A DNA stretch of 32,000 bases from Opitutales bacterium (GCA_965219535.1 CBDCNV010000002.1:1470001-1502000); one strand, 5' to 3'. Positions 1-9,039 are shown, counted from the first letter of the stretch. The notes: generated by a model from the letters alone, not told the origin. Program-made: numbers and translations.

Positions 1-2
1 TC

Positions 3-167
3 GAATACGGTATTCATCCACGGATCGAGATTGGGAAACCCGAACAAGCCAAACGCTTTATCGATCTCGGCGTCCGCCATTTCTGTATCGGCTGGGATCG
101 GTTTTTATATGAGGAGCATTTGGTGAAAATCGGAGAGGGGCTGAGGAAGATTACGGATGCGCTTTGA
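3..167 (+). CDS. 3' end of a CDS entering from upstream (54 codons plus TGA); tentatively the C-terminus of an HpcH/HpaI-type aldolase
   Basis: Frame 3 is open from the window edge to TGA 165-167 and translates to EYGIHPRIEIGKPEQAKRFIDLGVRHFCIGWDRFLYEEHLVKIGEGLRKITDAL. The family guess rests only on general resemblance to aldolase C-termini. Confidence 0.45.
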   Translation, partial: EYGIHPRIEIGKPEQAKRFIDLGVRHFCIGWDRFLYEEHLVKIGEGLRKITDAL

Positions 168-188
168 GGCGCGATAGCGACTGCGCGC

Positions 189-216
189 GTCTAAAGTCGA
201 AGGTCCAAAGTCGAAA
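189..216 (+). repeat. GTCNAAR heptamer array (4 units), 22 nt after the stop of the upstream partial CDS
   Basis: GTCTAAA GTCGAAG GTCCAAA GTCGAAA. Confidence 0.85.
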
Positions 217-311
217 GCCGAAGAAGAGGGATAGCCACAAAAGGCACAAAAGGCGCAAAGAAGAGTTTTGAACCGCGGATATCGCAGATATGCGCGGATG
301 TTGATTTAGAT

Positions 312-480
312 CAGGTGAAACACGGTTCTTGATCTCAATGTCATCCCTCCTGCATTTGCAGGATGGATTGACTACGGCTATTCCCTAGCGCTTTTTTAAA
401 ATGTAATTTTAAAAAACGCGTAGGAAAAATCCGACACTCAGCTAGCTGAGTTATTGCGATCATGCACCGAGTTTCACCTG
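312..480 (+). repeat. Core element copy A (forward): 28-bp terminal inverted repeats enclosing three hairpins
   Basis: CAGGTGAAACACGGTTCTTGATCTCAAT at 312-339 pairs with ATTGCGATCATGCACCGAGTTTCACCTG at 453-480. Internal hairpins: GTCATCCCTCCTGCA-TTT-GCAGGATGGATTGAC, the AT-rich CTAGCGCTTTTTTAAAA-TGTAA-TTTTAAAAAACGCGTAG, and ACTCAGC-TA-GCTGAGT. Confidence 0.9.
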
Positions 481-733
481 AGCTTTCTCCCCGTTCTTCC
501 CGAACTTCCTGTAAAAAATCTCTTTTCTTTTTATGTGTCTCTTGTGCCTCTTGCCTGCCGGCCATAGCCTTGGCGACGGCTGGTGGCCAACAATCTTAAC
601 TTTTTTTTTATCGGCGTTCATCCGCGTTATCAGCGATTAATTCTTTTCGTTCTTCCTGTGTTTCCTGTTAAAGTTTTTTATTTTTGTTTTTTATCTTTCT
701 CTAATATCCTTCGCTAATTAGTTTAGAGATCAG

Positions 734-1480
734 ATGAATCAGATCGAATTACCTCAAAGTGAAAAATTTCATTTATTTCTCCTTGCTGGCCAGTCAAACA
801 TGGCGGGCAGGGGCTTGCTTGAGGAAGAGGATACTAATCCTCACCCGCGGGTCCTGACAATAACGAGAGATGGAGATTGGGTTCCGGCAGTGGATCCTAT
901 CCACTTCGATAAGCCGAATAAGGGAGTTTGCCTTGGCAGAACATTCGGCATTGAGGTTGCAGAACAGGATCCGGATATCGTGGTCGGCCTCATCCCCGCT
1001 GCCTGTGGCGGCTCTCCCATTTCTACCTGGCAGCCCGGTATGTATTTTAAGGCGACGGAAAGTCACCCCTACGACGACGCCATCCAAAGAACGAAAAGAG
1101 CGATGGAGGATGGCGAGTTAAAAGCCATTCTCTGGCATCAGGGAGAGACCGATGCACGGGAGCCAGATCTCTCCACAATTTATGAAAAAAAACTGCGCCG
1201 ATTAATTGTGCGATTCAGAGACGACCTCAACAGCCCGAATCTGCCCTTCATCATCGGTCAAATGGGCCAATTTCTGGGTAGCGAGTTTGATCGCGACGGA
1301 CTCGTCAATGAAGCCCACGTTAAGATAGCAAAAGAAGATGACAACTCCACCTTCGTCCCCTCCGATGGTCTGGGCTGCCTAAGCGACAACGTCCATTTCG
1401 ACGCCAAAGCATTACGCGAGTTCGGACATCGGTACGCGGAGGTGTATTTGCGTATACGCAAATACGTGTCTAAAGTCTAA
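734..1480 (+). CDS. SASA/DUF303-type carbohydrate esterase (sialate O-acetylesterase-like, SGNH-related)
   Basis: 248-aa ORF. The N-terminal LAGQSNMAGRG motif is characteristic of the sialic-acid 9-O-acetylesterase (SASA) family, with WHQGE downstream. The TAA stop lies inside a GTCNAAR heptamer array. Confidence 0.8.
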   Translation: MNQIELPQSEKFHLFLLAGQSNMAGRGLLEEEDTNPHPRVLTITRDGDWVPAVDPIHFDKPNKGVCLGRTFGIEVAEQDPDIVVGLIPAACGGSPISTWQPGMYFKATESHPYDDAIQRTKRAMEDGELKAILWHQGETDAREPDLSTIYEKKLRRLIVRFRDDLNSPNLPFIIGQMGQFLGSEFDRDGLVNEAHVKIAKEDDNSTFVPSDGLGCLSDNVHFDAKALREFGHRYAEVYLRIRKYVSKV

Positions 1481-1495
1481 GGTCCAAAGTCGAAA
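1468..1495 (+). repeat. GTCNAAR heptamer array (4 units) containing the esterase stop codon
   Basis: GTCTAAA GTCTAAG GTCCAAA GTCGAAA. The TAA at 1478-1480 lies inside unit 2. Confidence 0.85.
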
Positions 1496-1720
1496 GCGAA
1501 GAGCGCTCTCGCGCGGGGAGAAAGAGGGAATAGCCACAGCATTAAATGAAGATTTATGAATGATGAATGCAGAATGGAGAGGGATAGCCACCAGCCGTCG
1601 CCAAGGCTATGGCCGGCAAGCAAGAGGCACAGAAGGTACAAGAGGGATAAGAATAAATTTAACCACGAATGAACACGAATCGACACGAATAAAAGAGAGA
1701 AGAAATAGTAGTAACAAAGT

Positions 1721-1889
1721 CAGGTGAAACACGGTGCTTGATCTCAATTACATCTCACCCGTATCTACGGGAGCGATGTTACGGCTATTCCCTAGCGCTT
1801 TTTTAAAATGTAATTTTAAAAAAGCGCGTAGGAAACATCCGACACTCAGCTGTGCTGAGTTATTGCGATCAAGCACCGTGTTTCACCTG
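1721..1889 (+). repeat. Core element copy B (forward, class II first hairpin)
   Basis: Same TIRs. The first hairpin is replaced by the compensated variant TTACATCTCACCCGTA-TCT-ACGGGAGCGATGTTA. The left flank 1651-1717 is 67/67 identical to the left flank of the inverted copy E. Confidence 0.9.
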
Positions 1890-2131
1890 AGCTTAGTCCT
1901 ATTTCATTTATTTTTTGCCTAGCAGCCATAGCATTGGTGACGGTTGGTGTCCTACAACCTTAATTATTCATTTTATCGGCGTTCATTCGCGCTATCCGCG
2001 GTTCAGTCTTCCCGATCTTCTCGGTCTTCCTGTAAAAAATCTTTTTTGTGCTTCTTGTGCCTCTTGTGGCCAACTCTTCTATTCCTGCTTGTGCCGGTTA
2101 TCGGTTAAACTAGAGTGAGGGTTCTATTAAA

Positions 2132-2764
2132 ATGAAACTTTTGATTACGGGTGCGGATAATGTGTTGGGGAAGTGTGCTTTCAGGCATTTTTCTAAAGAG
2201 CACGATGTGACGGCAGTCGGGCGTGGATCCGATCTCCGTGATCCTACCGCCACTGCTTCGCTGGTCGAAGGGGTGGATGCTATACTTCATCTCGATGGCT
2301 ATCACGCTGATGACACGCAGTCGGAGTTTGATTTGCTCGATATATCGGCGCGGGGTACTTATGTGCTGATGCATGCGGCCCGCAATGCGGGTGTCGAGCG
2401 GGTCGTGGTGGGGAGCACGCTGGATTTTTTTGAGGATTATCCCGAGGACTACATAATAAATGAGGACTGGCAGCCGTTGCCGAAGCCGGATGCTGCCTCC
2501 CTTGCACCGCTCATGGTCGAGTTGACGGCGCGGGAGTTTGCGCGCGAGGGGGGTATTGAAGCGGTCTGTCTGAGGTTCGGAGCGCTGGACGCTACAGGTA
2601 CGCCGGAAGCGGATGCGATGAAGGCAATTGATGAAGCACTCAAACTTGAGTTCAACCAGCCTGGCTACCGGTGGGGGTTGTTTCACGTTCACTCGGATGG
2701 GAATCGGTTCGCGTCGACGATGCTGACCAACCCTTTACGGATGCAGGAGCAACAGGCAAGCTGA
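2132..2764 (+). CDS. NAD(P)-binding Rossmann-fold protein, epimerase/dehydratase-like (atypical SDR)
   Basis: 210-aa ORF. N-terminal KLLITGADNVLG glycine-rich turn, and an ARNAGVERVVVGST segment typical of extended SDRs. A GAGGG sequence lies about 14 nt upstream of the ATG. Confidence 0.6.
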   Translation: MKLLITGADNVLGKCAFRHFSKEHDVTAVGRGSDLRDPTATASLVEGVDAILHLDGYHADDTQSEFDLLDISARGTYVLMHAARNAGVERVVVGSTLDFFEDYPEDYIINEDWQPLPKPDAASLAPLMVELTAREFAREGGIEAVCLRFGALDATGTPEADAMKAIDEALKLEFNQPGYRWGLFHVHSDGNRFASTMLTNPLRMQEQQAS

Positions 2765-2838
2765 TGGCGAGCTCAGGACAGGCCCTTCGACTAGGCTCAG
2801 GACAGGCCCTTCGACTGCGCTCAGGACAGGCAAGCTGA
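2764..2838 (+). other. 24-codon mini-ORF (MASSGQALRLGSGQALRLRSGQAS) built from a 24-nt tandem repeat, bridging the two SDR genes with TGATG overlaps at both ends
   Basis: GCTCAGGACAGGCCCTTCGACT occurs at 2771-2792 and 2795-2816, with a partial copy at 2819-2830. ACAGGCAAGCTGATGGC is duplicated at 2752-2768 and 2826-2842, 74 nt apart. Confidence 0.4.
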
Positions 2839-3641
2839 TGGCTAGTGTTAACTCAGGACGCGTATGCATCTACGGCGCCGGGGGACCGGTTGCCGCTTCT
2901 GCTGTGCAGTCGCTCAAGAATGATTACGAGTTGCGACTGACCGACCTGAAGGATGTGAAGGATATTATTAAGGGTGAGCCGCAGTCCAAGGGCGCTCCGA
3001 TGCCCGAAGTTCCCGAACCGCCGCACGAGTGGCGCTGTGTTGATGTGACGGATTATGACCAGGTCCGGTCGGCCGCCGAAGGGATGGACGCGCTGATCAA
3101 TACAACCGTATTGAGACCCGACCCCGTTCTGGCTTTTCATGTAAATTTAATCGGCGCATACAATGTGATGAAAGCTGCGGTGGACTGCGGGATCACGCGG
3201 ATCATCCACACCGGGCCGCGTCACATCCGACTCAACCACGAGGGTGATTACTGGTACGATTTTGATATCCCGGATGAAGCACCCCTGCACCCGGGATCGG
3301 ATCTCTATGCCCTGACGAAATACTTAGGGGGGAACGTCGTGCGCGTATTCGCGGAAGCTCACAATCTCGAGGTGGTGACTTTTCTTTATTGCGGATTCCA
3401 TCCCGGTGACGCAGGTGACCTGGCGGACGGCAGCGGGATAGGACCCTTTTTTACTTCCTGGGAGGACACGGGAGAGGCATTCCGCTATGGACTGCGCGCG
3501 ACGAAGCTGACGCAGCCCTATGAAGTATTTGATATTGCCGCCAACTTGCCGCACGGGAAATTCAGTTCCGCGAAAGCGGAACGGTTACTGGGATGGACTC
3601 CTAAACATAATTTCGAGAGGCTGTATAGGTCAAAAAAATAA
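2838..3641 (+). CDS. NAD(P)-dependent epimerase/dehydratase-like SDR
   Basis: 267-aa ORF. VCIYGAGGPVA Rossmann turn, NLIGAYNVMKAA, and a YxxxK catalytic motif (DLYALTKYLG). Confidence 0.65.
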   Translation: MASVNSGRVCIYGAGGPVAASAVQSLKNDYELRLTDLKDVKDIIKGEPQSKGAPMPEVPEPPHEWRCVDVTDYDQVRSAAEGMDALINTTVLRPDPVLAFHVNLIGAYNVMKAAVDCGITRIIHTGPRHIRLNHEGDYWYDFDIPDEAPLHPGSDLYALTKYLGGNVVRVFAEAHNLEVVTFLYCGFHPGDAGDLADGSGIGPFFTSWEDTGEAFRYGLRATKLTQPYEVFDIAANLPHGKFSSAKAERLLGWTPKHNFERLYRSKK

Positions 3642-3756
3642 AGAGGGATAGCCACAAAAGGCACAAGAGGCACAAAAAAAGAAATTTTGAACTTAGGAAA
3701 TATAGAGTTTTTCAACCGCGGATAACACGGATGTACGCGGATGTGGTTTTTGAGGA

Positions 3757-3784
3757 GTCTAAAGTCGCAGGTCGAAAGTCGAAA
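3757..3784 (+). repeat. GTCNAAR heptamer array in the left flank of core C
   Basis: GTCTAAA GTCGCAG GTCGAAA GTCGAAA. Equivalent arrays lie at 26004-26031 and 31435-31462 in the left flanks of cores H and I. Confidence 0.85.
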
Positions 3785-3807
3785 GCGGGAAAATGCAAAA
3801 TCTTATT

Positions 3808-3979
3808 CAGGTGAAACACGGTGCTTTATCTCAATGTCATCTCTCCTGCATCTGCAGGAGTGATTGACTACGGCTATTCCCCAGCGCTTTTTTAAAATTG
3901 TGATTTTAAAAAACGCGTAGGAAACATCCGACATCCCGCTGTGGCGGGATTATTGCGATCAAGCACCGTGTTTCAACTG
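3808..3979 (+). repeat. Core element copy C (forward)
   Basis: Same architecture. The third hairpin carries the compensated variant ATCCCGC-TGT-GGCGGGAT instead of ACTCAGC...GCTGAGT. Confidence 0.9.
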
Positions 3980-4042
3980 GGCTTACTTCCCTTACGTCCC
4001 GTAGAAATCTTTCATGTGCTTCTTGTGCCTCTTGTGGCTATC

Positions 4043-4135
4043 CTATTCTTCCCCATCCTCTTTAACAAAAGTAGCATCGACGGTCTGTGTCGGTTGGGGG
4101 GTGTTGTCGGACTTGAAGTTATTCTGGGTGACCCC
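4043..4135 (-). pseudogene. Orphan 3' fragment (30 codons plus TAG) of the tandem secreted-protein family found at 23.5-31.2 kb
   Basis: The minus strand translates to GVTQNNFKSDNTPQPTQTVDATFVKEDGEE*. The paralog C-termini read LITQNNFKSDNTPQPT(R/Q/L)SI(N/D)ATF.NEDG... At the nucleotide level, GGGGTGTTGTCGGACTTGAAGTT matches 29085-29107. The fragment starts immediately after, and in frame with, the TAA of the PhyH gene. Confidence 0.8.
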
Positions 4136-4966
4136 TTATGGCGCAACAGCGAAGGGGGAAGGGCCTTTAATCAAGGCTAACTGGGTGGCGTTAGCCCGCT
4201 CTTCGAAGCCGTACGCGGTGTCGACTAACTTTCCCCAGGGCGACTGGAATGCGGGCGCGTAGGAAATAAACAGGGTGCGTCGCGTTTTATTACTTTTGTT
4301 CATCATTGCCCCGTGCGTAAGATCTTCGGAGAAAATTACCGCGTCTCCGGCCTTACAGGGACAGACTTGAATTAACGGGTTTTTTTCATCGGGTGTCGCG
4401 CCGGCAAACGGGTTATTGAAATTACTTTTATGACTTCCCGGCATGACAACGAATGCGCCTTCCTCGACAGAGACATCGGTCAAGGCATAAGCGATTTTCA
4501 AACTGATACATTTGAACTGTCCATTCTCTATGGCGAATTCACTATAAGGTAAAAGCTCCGCATAACCATGATGTAAGGGGGAGCGCTGTCCTCGATCCCT
4601 TGACATAAAAGCATAACTATCAAGACGGACGGGGTCGCTAATCATTGCTTCGATGTATGGGAGGGTCGCCGGACAGTCGATGAGTTCCTCAAACGGTCCC
4701 CCTAATCTAAGGGCGTTACAGTCATAATCTCGCGAACGAGAAGGACCGCTCTCTTCAAGCTCCGTCTTTTGAGCAAAATCACTCCCATCAGGCACCTTTT
4801 TTTTATGGTAGGCGCGCATAATTCCCATTGATGCCGCTTCTTTATCGTCAAGCGTTTCAAGCCTGTCGATTTCGGCATTTATCTGCTCTACCAGGTCACT
4901 CGACATGACTTGCCTGAGAACCAGGTATCCCTGCAAGTCAAATAAGTATCTCTCTTCCGGGGTCAT
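4136..4966 (-). CDS. Phytanoyl-CoA dioxygenase (PhyH) family Fe(II)/2-oxoglutarate oxygenase
   Basis: 276-aa ORF. The N-terminus has YLFDLQGYLVLRQV, typical of PhyH. Also present: HHGY..., VMPGSHK, and a distal His in LTHGA. Confidence 0.8.
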   Translation of the reverse strand: MTPEERYLFDLQGYLVLRQVMSSDLVEQINAEIDRLETLDDKEAASMGIMRAYHKKKVPDGSDFAQKTELEESGPSRSRDYDCNALRLGGPFEELIDCPATLPYIEAMISDPVRLDSYAFMSRDRGQRSPLHHGYAELLPYSEFAIENGQFKCISLKIAYALTDVSVEEGAFVVMPGSHKSNFNNPFAGATPDEKNPLIQVCPCKAGDAVIFSEDLTHGAMMNKSNKTRRTLFISYAPAFQSPWGKLVDTAYGFEERANATQLALIKGPSPFAVAP

Positions 4967-5239
4967 ATTATTTTATATCAACAAGTATATGCGACTGATC
5001 TCATTTTATCGCTTTTAAAGTAATTAACGAGTCAAAAGTTCATTTCAATTTTCGATTTTCGATTGCCGATTGTCGATTGAAGAGAGATTGCCGATTGTAG
5101 ATTTGAGAAAAATTTAACCGCGGATAATACGGATAGGCGCGGATGGGAAATAAAGGAGTCGAAAGTCAAATGAGGGAATAGCCACAAAAAGCACAAAAGG
5201 CACAAAAAAATTAAAAAGATAAGAAATAAAAAGAGCTAT

Positions 5240-5410
5240 CAGTTGAAACACGATGCTTGATCGCGATGTCATCCCACCCGCATTTGCGGGAGGGATTGAC
5301 TACGGGTGATCCCTAGCGCTTTTTTTAAATCATCATTTAAAAAAACGCGTAGGAAACATCCGACACTCAGCTGTGCTGAGTTATTGAGATCAAGCACCGT
5401 GATTCACCTG
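5240..5410 (+). repeat. Core element copy D (forward)
   Basis: CAGTTGAAACACGATGCTTGATCGCGAT ... ATTGAGATCAAGCACCGTGATTCACCTG. The first hairpin apex is CCCGCA/TGCGGG. Confidence 0.9.
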
Positions 5411-5678
5411 ATCTTTTTTTCCGAACTTTCTGTCCTTCCTATATAAAATCTTTCTTTTCTTTTTGGAAGATGTCGCTTCGCTCGGTAGTGCCTCTTGTGG
5501 CTAATTAATCTTTGCTTTAAATTATATCCGCGTTCATTGGTTGATGTCGTCCCGCTGCTGCGCGACTCGGTAGTGTTATCCGCGGTCAGCCGTCACCCGT
5601 TGGGCTATGGCTGACAGGTACTGCGCGTCCCTCCAGAAAACGCACCGCTTATACACTTTTCCCATTATCGCATTTCCC

Positions 5679-5706
5679 TTTGGACTTTCGACCTTCGACT
5701 TTTGAC
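5679..5706 (-). repeat. GTCNAAR array in the sense orientation of the minus-strand ABC fusion gene, 17 nt past its stop
   Basis: The reverse complement reads GTCAAAA GTCGAAG GTCGAAA GTCCAAA. Confidence 0.85.
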
Positions 5707-5723
5707 GAAGGGGGTTGTTCGGA

Positions 5724-8700
5724 TTACCGAACTCCACCTTCAAAACGTATTCTTGGATCGAGCCACATGAGGAGGAGGTCGCTGAGAAGGGTGCCGAGGA
5801 CTCCGAGGAGGCTGAGGACCATGAGCATCGATCCGGCCAGGTACATGTCTTGGGTCATGAGGGCTTCGAGCATCATGGGGCCGACGGTGGGCAGACTTAA
5901 AACCATGGCGACAATCGCGCCGCCCGATACCAATTGGGGGAAGAGGGTGCCGATCCCGGAGATAAAGGGATTGAGGGCGATTCGCACGGGATATTTTAAT
6001 AGAAGTCTAAAGGGTCTTACCCCTTTAGCCAATGCGGTGATGACGTAGGGTTTCTTCAATTCATCGAGGAGGTTGCCTCGCATGACCCGAATCATGCTCG
6101 CGGTACCGGTTACCCCGAGAACAACCACCGGGACCCAGATATGTTTCATGAGGTCGGCCACTTTTCCCCAGGTCCATTCGGGCTGACCCGCGTACTCAGG
6201 AGAAAACAAACCGCTCATGCGTATCCCGAAATATACATTGCTCCAGTACATAAGCAGGAGGGCGAGAAGAAAGCTGGGGATGCACATCCCGATAAAGCCG
6301 AGGAGAGAAAAAAAGTAATCGCCGATCGAGTACTGACGGACAGCCGAGTAAACACCGATAGGCAGGGCGACCGCCCAGGTAAAAAGGATAGACCCGAGAG
6401 AGATTAAAAAGGTGAGGAGGATGCGGTCACCGACGACGTCGTTCACCGGCGTTCGGCTCTGCATGGAAAAGCCGAGGTGACCCTGGAGCAAACCCTGGTC
6501 CTCGGACTTGAAGGAAAGAAACCAGGGCAGACCGAGCCATTGAAGATACTGAGTGATTGCCGGTTCATCGAGGGGAAAGATCTGACGCAATTGTTCGGCT
6601 TCAATTTTCGCCTGGTTATCGTTCGCCAACTCCGCTTGTAATATTTTCAAATCGATAAAATCGGCGGGCGGCAGCTGAATGATGGTAAAGGAAATGATCG
6701 AGATGATAAGTAAAGTGGGCACCATAATAAGGAATCGCCTTCCCACATAGGGATGTTTAAATCCTACGAGTATCAATCCCGCGGCAACGATACCCAATAT
6801 AAGATGGCGAATGATGTGCCTGAGAGAACTTCCACTTTTCTTATCAATGGTGACATCCAGTGCGCTGGGCTGTGGCGTAATCTCAATCACTTCACGTTTT
6901 ATTTGAGCGATCGCTCCCGGTGAATTGTACGGATCCTCAAGATAATAAGCTTCAGAACCACCCGCAGCGGTATTCTTAGCGAGATTTCCGTAAAGTGAAT
7001 TGCGCGGCACATTTTTAAAATCCTTCTTCACGATAACGATGGAGGGTTGACCCTGCGTGATGTTAATGTTCCAGAGATTATCTACGGCGATATCCTGAAT
7101 TTTCTGGTAGATATCTGTCTGTTCTATGAGGGTAAGCGCACTGGTCGCAGCGTCGAACAGTTCCATCGAACGCCGCAGGGGATGATCGACAGGGGGTTCA
7201 ATACTACCCGGTATATTTGCCGCTGGATTGCCGTATAAACCTCCGTTTTTATACCAGATGGTAAATCCGGCGGCTTCGACATGGCCGGGCACATAACGGT
7301 CCGGAGTGATCAGGGGGTGAAAATCGTCTACCGTTCCAGAGATGCTGAAATCTTGAACACGAGCGGCCATTTCGACTGTTCTGAGACCGCCGGAGCGAAA
7401 TCGCTCAATGGTGTTGAGCCCGACATTTTTCCAATCTTCTACGACAAAAGGTCCGGGACCTTCAGCAAAATTCGGGATGATGTCCAATAACCATACCATG
7501 CGGGTACCATCCTTAAAGGTGCGATAGCCCTCGCTATCGCGATGGGTAAGACCCAGTTCATCGAGCAGCTCGTTAGCGCGATCGGGATCGTACTCGACGT
7601 GGCTGTACCTGAGTTTTTCATGGTAAAATGCGGATTCCTTTCCCATCGAACTTTGGGCAGGTTCGCCCAATCCATAATAGATTGCATCGATGATTTGCTT
7701 TCGATTAATAGCGAGCGACAGTGCCTGGCGAAAGCGTTTGTCGTTGAGCAATCCCCACTTTTTTTTGGTCGTTGGGTTTTCGGGATCAATGTGCAGATTA
7801 AGATTCGGGTAGACTGCCCATTCGCTCAACCCTGAATCATACCAATGATAGACATCATACCCCCCGGCGTCGCGTTGAGACATAAATAGTGTATAATGTA
7901 AAAAATAGATGTTAAAGGTTTGCATCGTGATGGCTCCATTGGTGACGGCGATCGGGACCAGCTTTTCTGTCTTCACATCGATCATAATACGATCGACATA
8001 GGGAAGCTGGTTGCCCTCGGTATCAACAGCCCAGTAATAAGGATTGCGGACTGATACCTGGGGAGGATTGGACTTGTAGGTACGATAAATCCAGGGCCAG
8101 ATGCGAGGATGTTCCGGGTTGTTAGCAAGTTTCAGGGTAAGATAAAGCGCCTTTCTCGTGGGAGTTTTATAGGCTTTCATCGTGGCCTCGATAAGCGCAA
8201 CGTTGCCAAGCTCGGGGTGATATTTTTCCAGGTAGTGACGGGGTGAATAATACAGGGGTAGATAAGACAATCGTTCAAGGAGCATGCTATGAGGGTGTGG
8301 AAAAACAAACTTAACGGTATGAGGATCGATTTTTATAATCTCCCCTTCTTCCCCTTTAATTCTCATCCACAATGGGTATATGACTAATTCCTCTTTGACT
8401 TCGTATTGCCAGTAATAGAGTATATCGTCTGCGGTAAAAGGATGGCCGTCTGACCATTTCATGCCTTTGCGCAGGAAGAAGGTCCATTCTCTTTTATCGG
8501 GGGAAACTTCCCAACCCCTGGCAACGTGAGGGACGATGGGATTACCGAAAGGTGAAAAGCGTACGAGAGTATCGCCCGCTATCCATCCATTAACCGCCAC
8601 GGGAGCATTGGGGGAATTCCTAACCAGGTACCAGGTGCCGCCGTACTGGCCAATGCCGTCGACTCCTTCGATAACCACCGGCTCGGGTCCCACACGCTCA

Positions 8701-8999
8701 GCGACCGGCGGCAGTTTGCCCTCCGCTACCAGTTCGGCGAGAATCGGCGATTCCCCTTTCGGGTACCACCGACCGGATTCGCCCTCGCTATAATCGACAT
8801 CGTGCTGAACTTTGAAAAGGTCTTCTTTACTGAAACTGACATCTCTTAAATCCTCCGTGGTTTCGATCATTTCCGGACTGTATCGAATCGGTTCAAGCTC
8901 AAGCTCCGGCTTCAAGACATCGCTCCAGAAATACAAAAACCCGAAAAAGCAGAATCCCGTGAGGACTAGAAACCCCAGGAAATTAAAAGCACGTTTCAC
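5724..8999 (-). CDS. Fusion protein: N-terminal TM anchor, family-5 (peptide/nickel, DppA/OppA-like) ABC substrate-binding domain, and DppB/OppB-like permease domain
   Basis: 1091-aa ORF with a GTG start at 8997-8999. Hydrophobic N-terminus FLGFLVLTGFCFFGFLYF, followed by roughly 650 aa of SBP_bac_5-like sequence. After PYVGRRFLIMVPTLLIISIISFTIIQLPP comes a 6-TM permease with an EAA-like region (ITALAKGVRPFRLLLKYPVRIALNP). Confidence 0.8.
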   Translation of the reverse strand: MKRAFNFLGFLVLTGFCFFGFLYFWSDVLKPELELEPIRYSPEMIETTEDLRDVSFSKEDLFKVQHDVDYSEGESGRWYPKGESPILAELVAEGKLPPVAERVGPEPVVIEGVDGIGQYGGTWYLVRNSPNAPVAVNGWIAGDTLVRFSPFGNPIVPHVARGWEVSPDKREWTFFLRKGMKWSDGHPFTADDILYYWQYEVKEELVIYPLWMRIKGEEGEIIKIDPHTVKFVFPHPHSMLLERLSYLPLYYSPRHYLEKYHPELGNVALIEATMKAYKTPTRKALYLTLKLANNPEHPRIWPWIYRTYKSNPPQVSVRNPYYWAVDTEGNQLPYVDRIMIDVKTEKLVPIAVTNGAITMQTFNIYFLHYTLFMSQRDAGGYDVYHWYDSGLSEWAVYPNLNLHIDPENPTTKKKWGLLNDKRFRQALSLAINRKQIIDAIYYGLGEPAQSSMGKESAFYHEKLRYSHVEYDPDRANELLDELGLTHRDSEGYRTFKDGTRMVWLLDIIPNFAEGPGPFVVEDWKNVGLNTIERFRSGGLRTVEMAARVQDFSISGTVDDFHPLITPDRYVPGHVEAAGFTIWYKNGGLYGNPAANIPGSIEPPVDHPLRRSMELFDAATSALTLIEQTDIYQKIQDIAVDNLWNINITQGQPSIVIVKKDFKNVPRNSLYGNLAKNTAAGGSEAYYLEDPYNSPGAIAQIKREVIEITPQPSALDVTIDKKSGSSLRHIIRHLILGIVAAGLILVGFKHPYVGRRFLIMVPTLLIISIISFTIIQLPPADFIDLKILQAELANDNQAKIEAEQLRQIFPLDEPAITQYLQWLGLPWFLSFKSEDQGLLQGHLGFSMQSRTPVNDVVGDRILLTFLISLGSILFTWAVALPIGVYSAVRQYSIGDYFFSLLGFIGMCIPSFLLALLLMYWSNVYFGIRMSGLFSPEYAGQPEWTWGKVADLMKHIWVPVVVLGVTGTASMIRVMRGNLLDELKKPYVITALAKGVRPFRLLLKYPVRIALNPFISGIGTLFPQLVSGGAIVAMVLSLPTVGPMMLEALMTQDMYLAGSMLMVLSLLGVLGTLLSDLLLMWLDPRIRFEGGVR

Positions 9000-9007
9000 T
9001 GGGGTTA

Positions 9008-9039
9008 GTCAAAAGGTCAAAAGGTCGAAAAGTCAAAAG
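9008..9039 (+). repeat. GTCAAAAR octamer array (4 units)
   Basis: GTCAAAAG GTCAAAAG GTCGAAAA GTCAAAAG, preceded by TAG. No plus-strand gene ends here. Confidence 0.85.

Noticed and set aside
341-565. Small ORFs spanning core elements (341-565 minus, 1734-1922 plus, 3941-4180 plus, 31250-31642 minus) as possible conserved peptides.
   Set aside because: The strand and frame of the open reading differ between copies, and stops appear at different places. What is conserved is base pairing (compensatory changes), not codons.
3655-3690. Sigma54 (-24/-12) promoters within the GGCACAAGAGGCAC nonamer arrays.
   Set aside because: The GG-to-GC spacing in the arrays is 10 nt rather than the required 12. 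The arrays occur in both orientations regardless of gene direction.
5680-6048. Antisense or overlapping ORFs inside long genes. Examples: 5680-6048, 7439-7789, 22163-22558, 24652-24924, 27452-27838, 30623-30952.
   Set aside because: Each is fully embedded in a longer ORF that has clear family motifs. Their compositions are low-complexity (Arg/Ser/Pro-rich), typical of off-frame translation.
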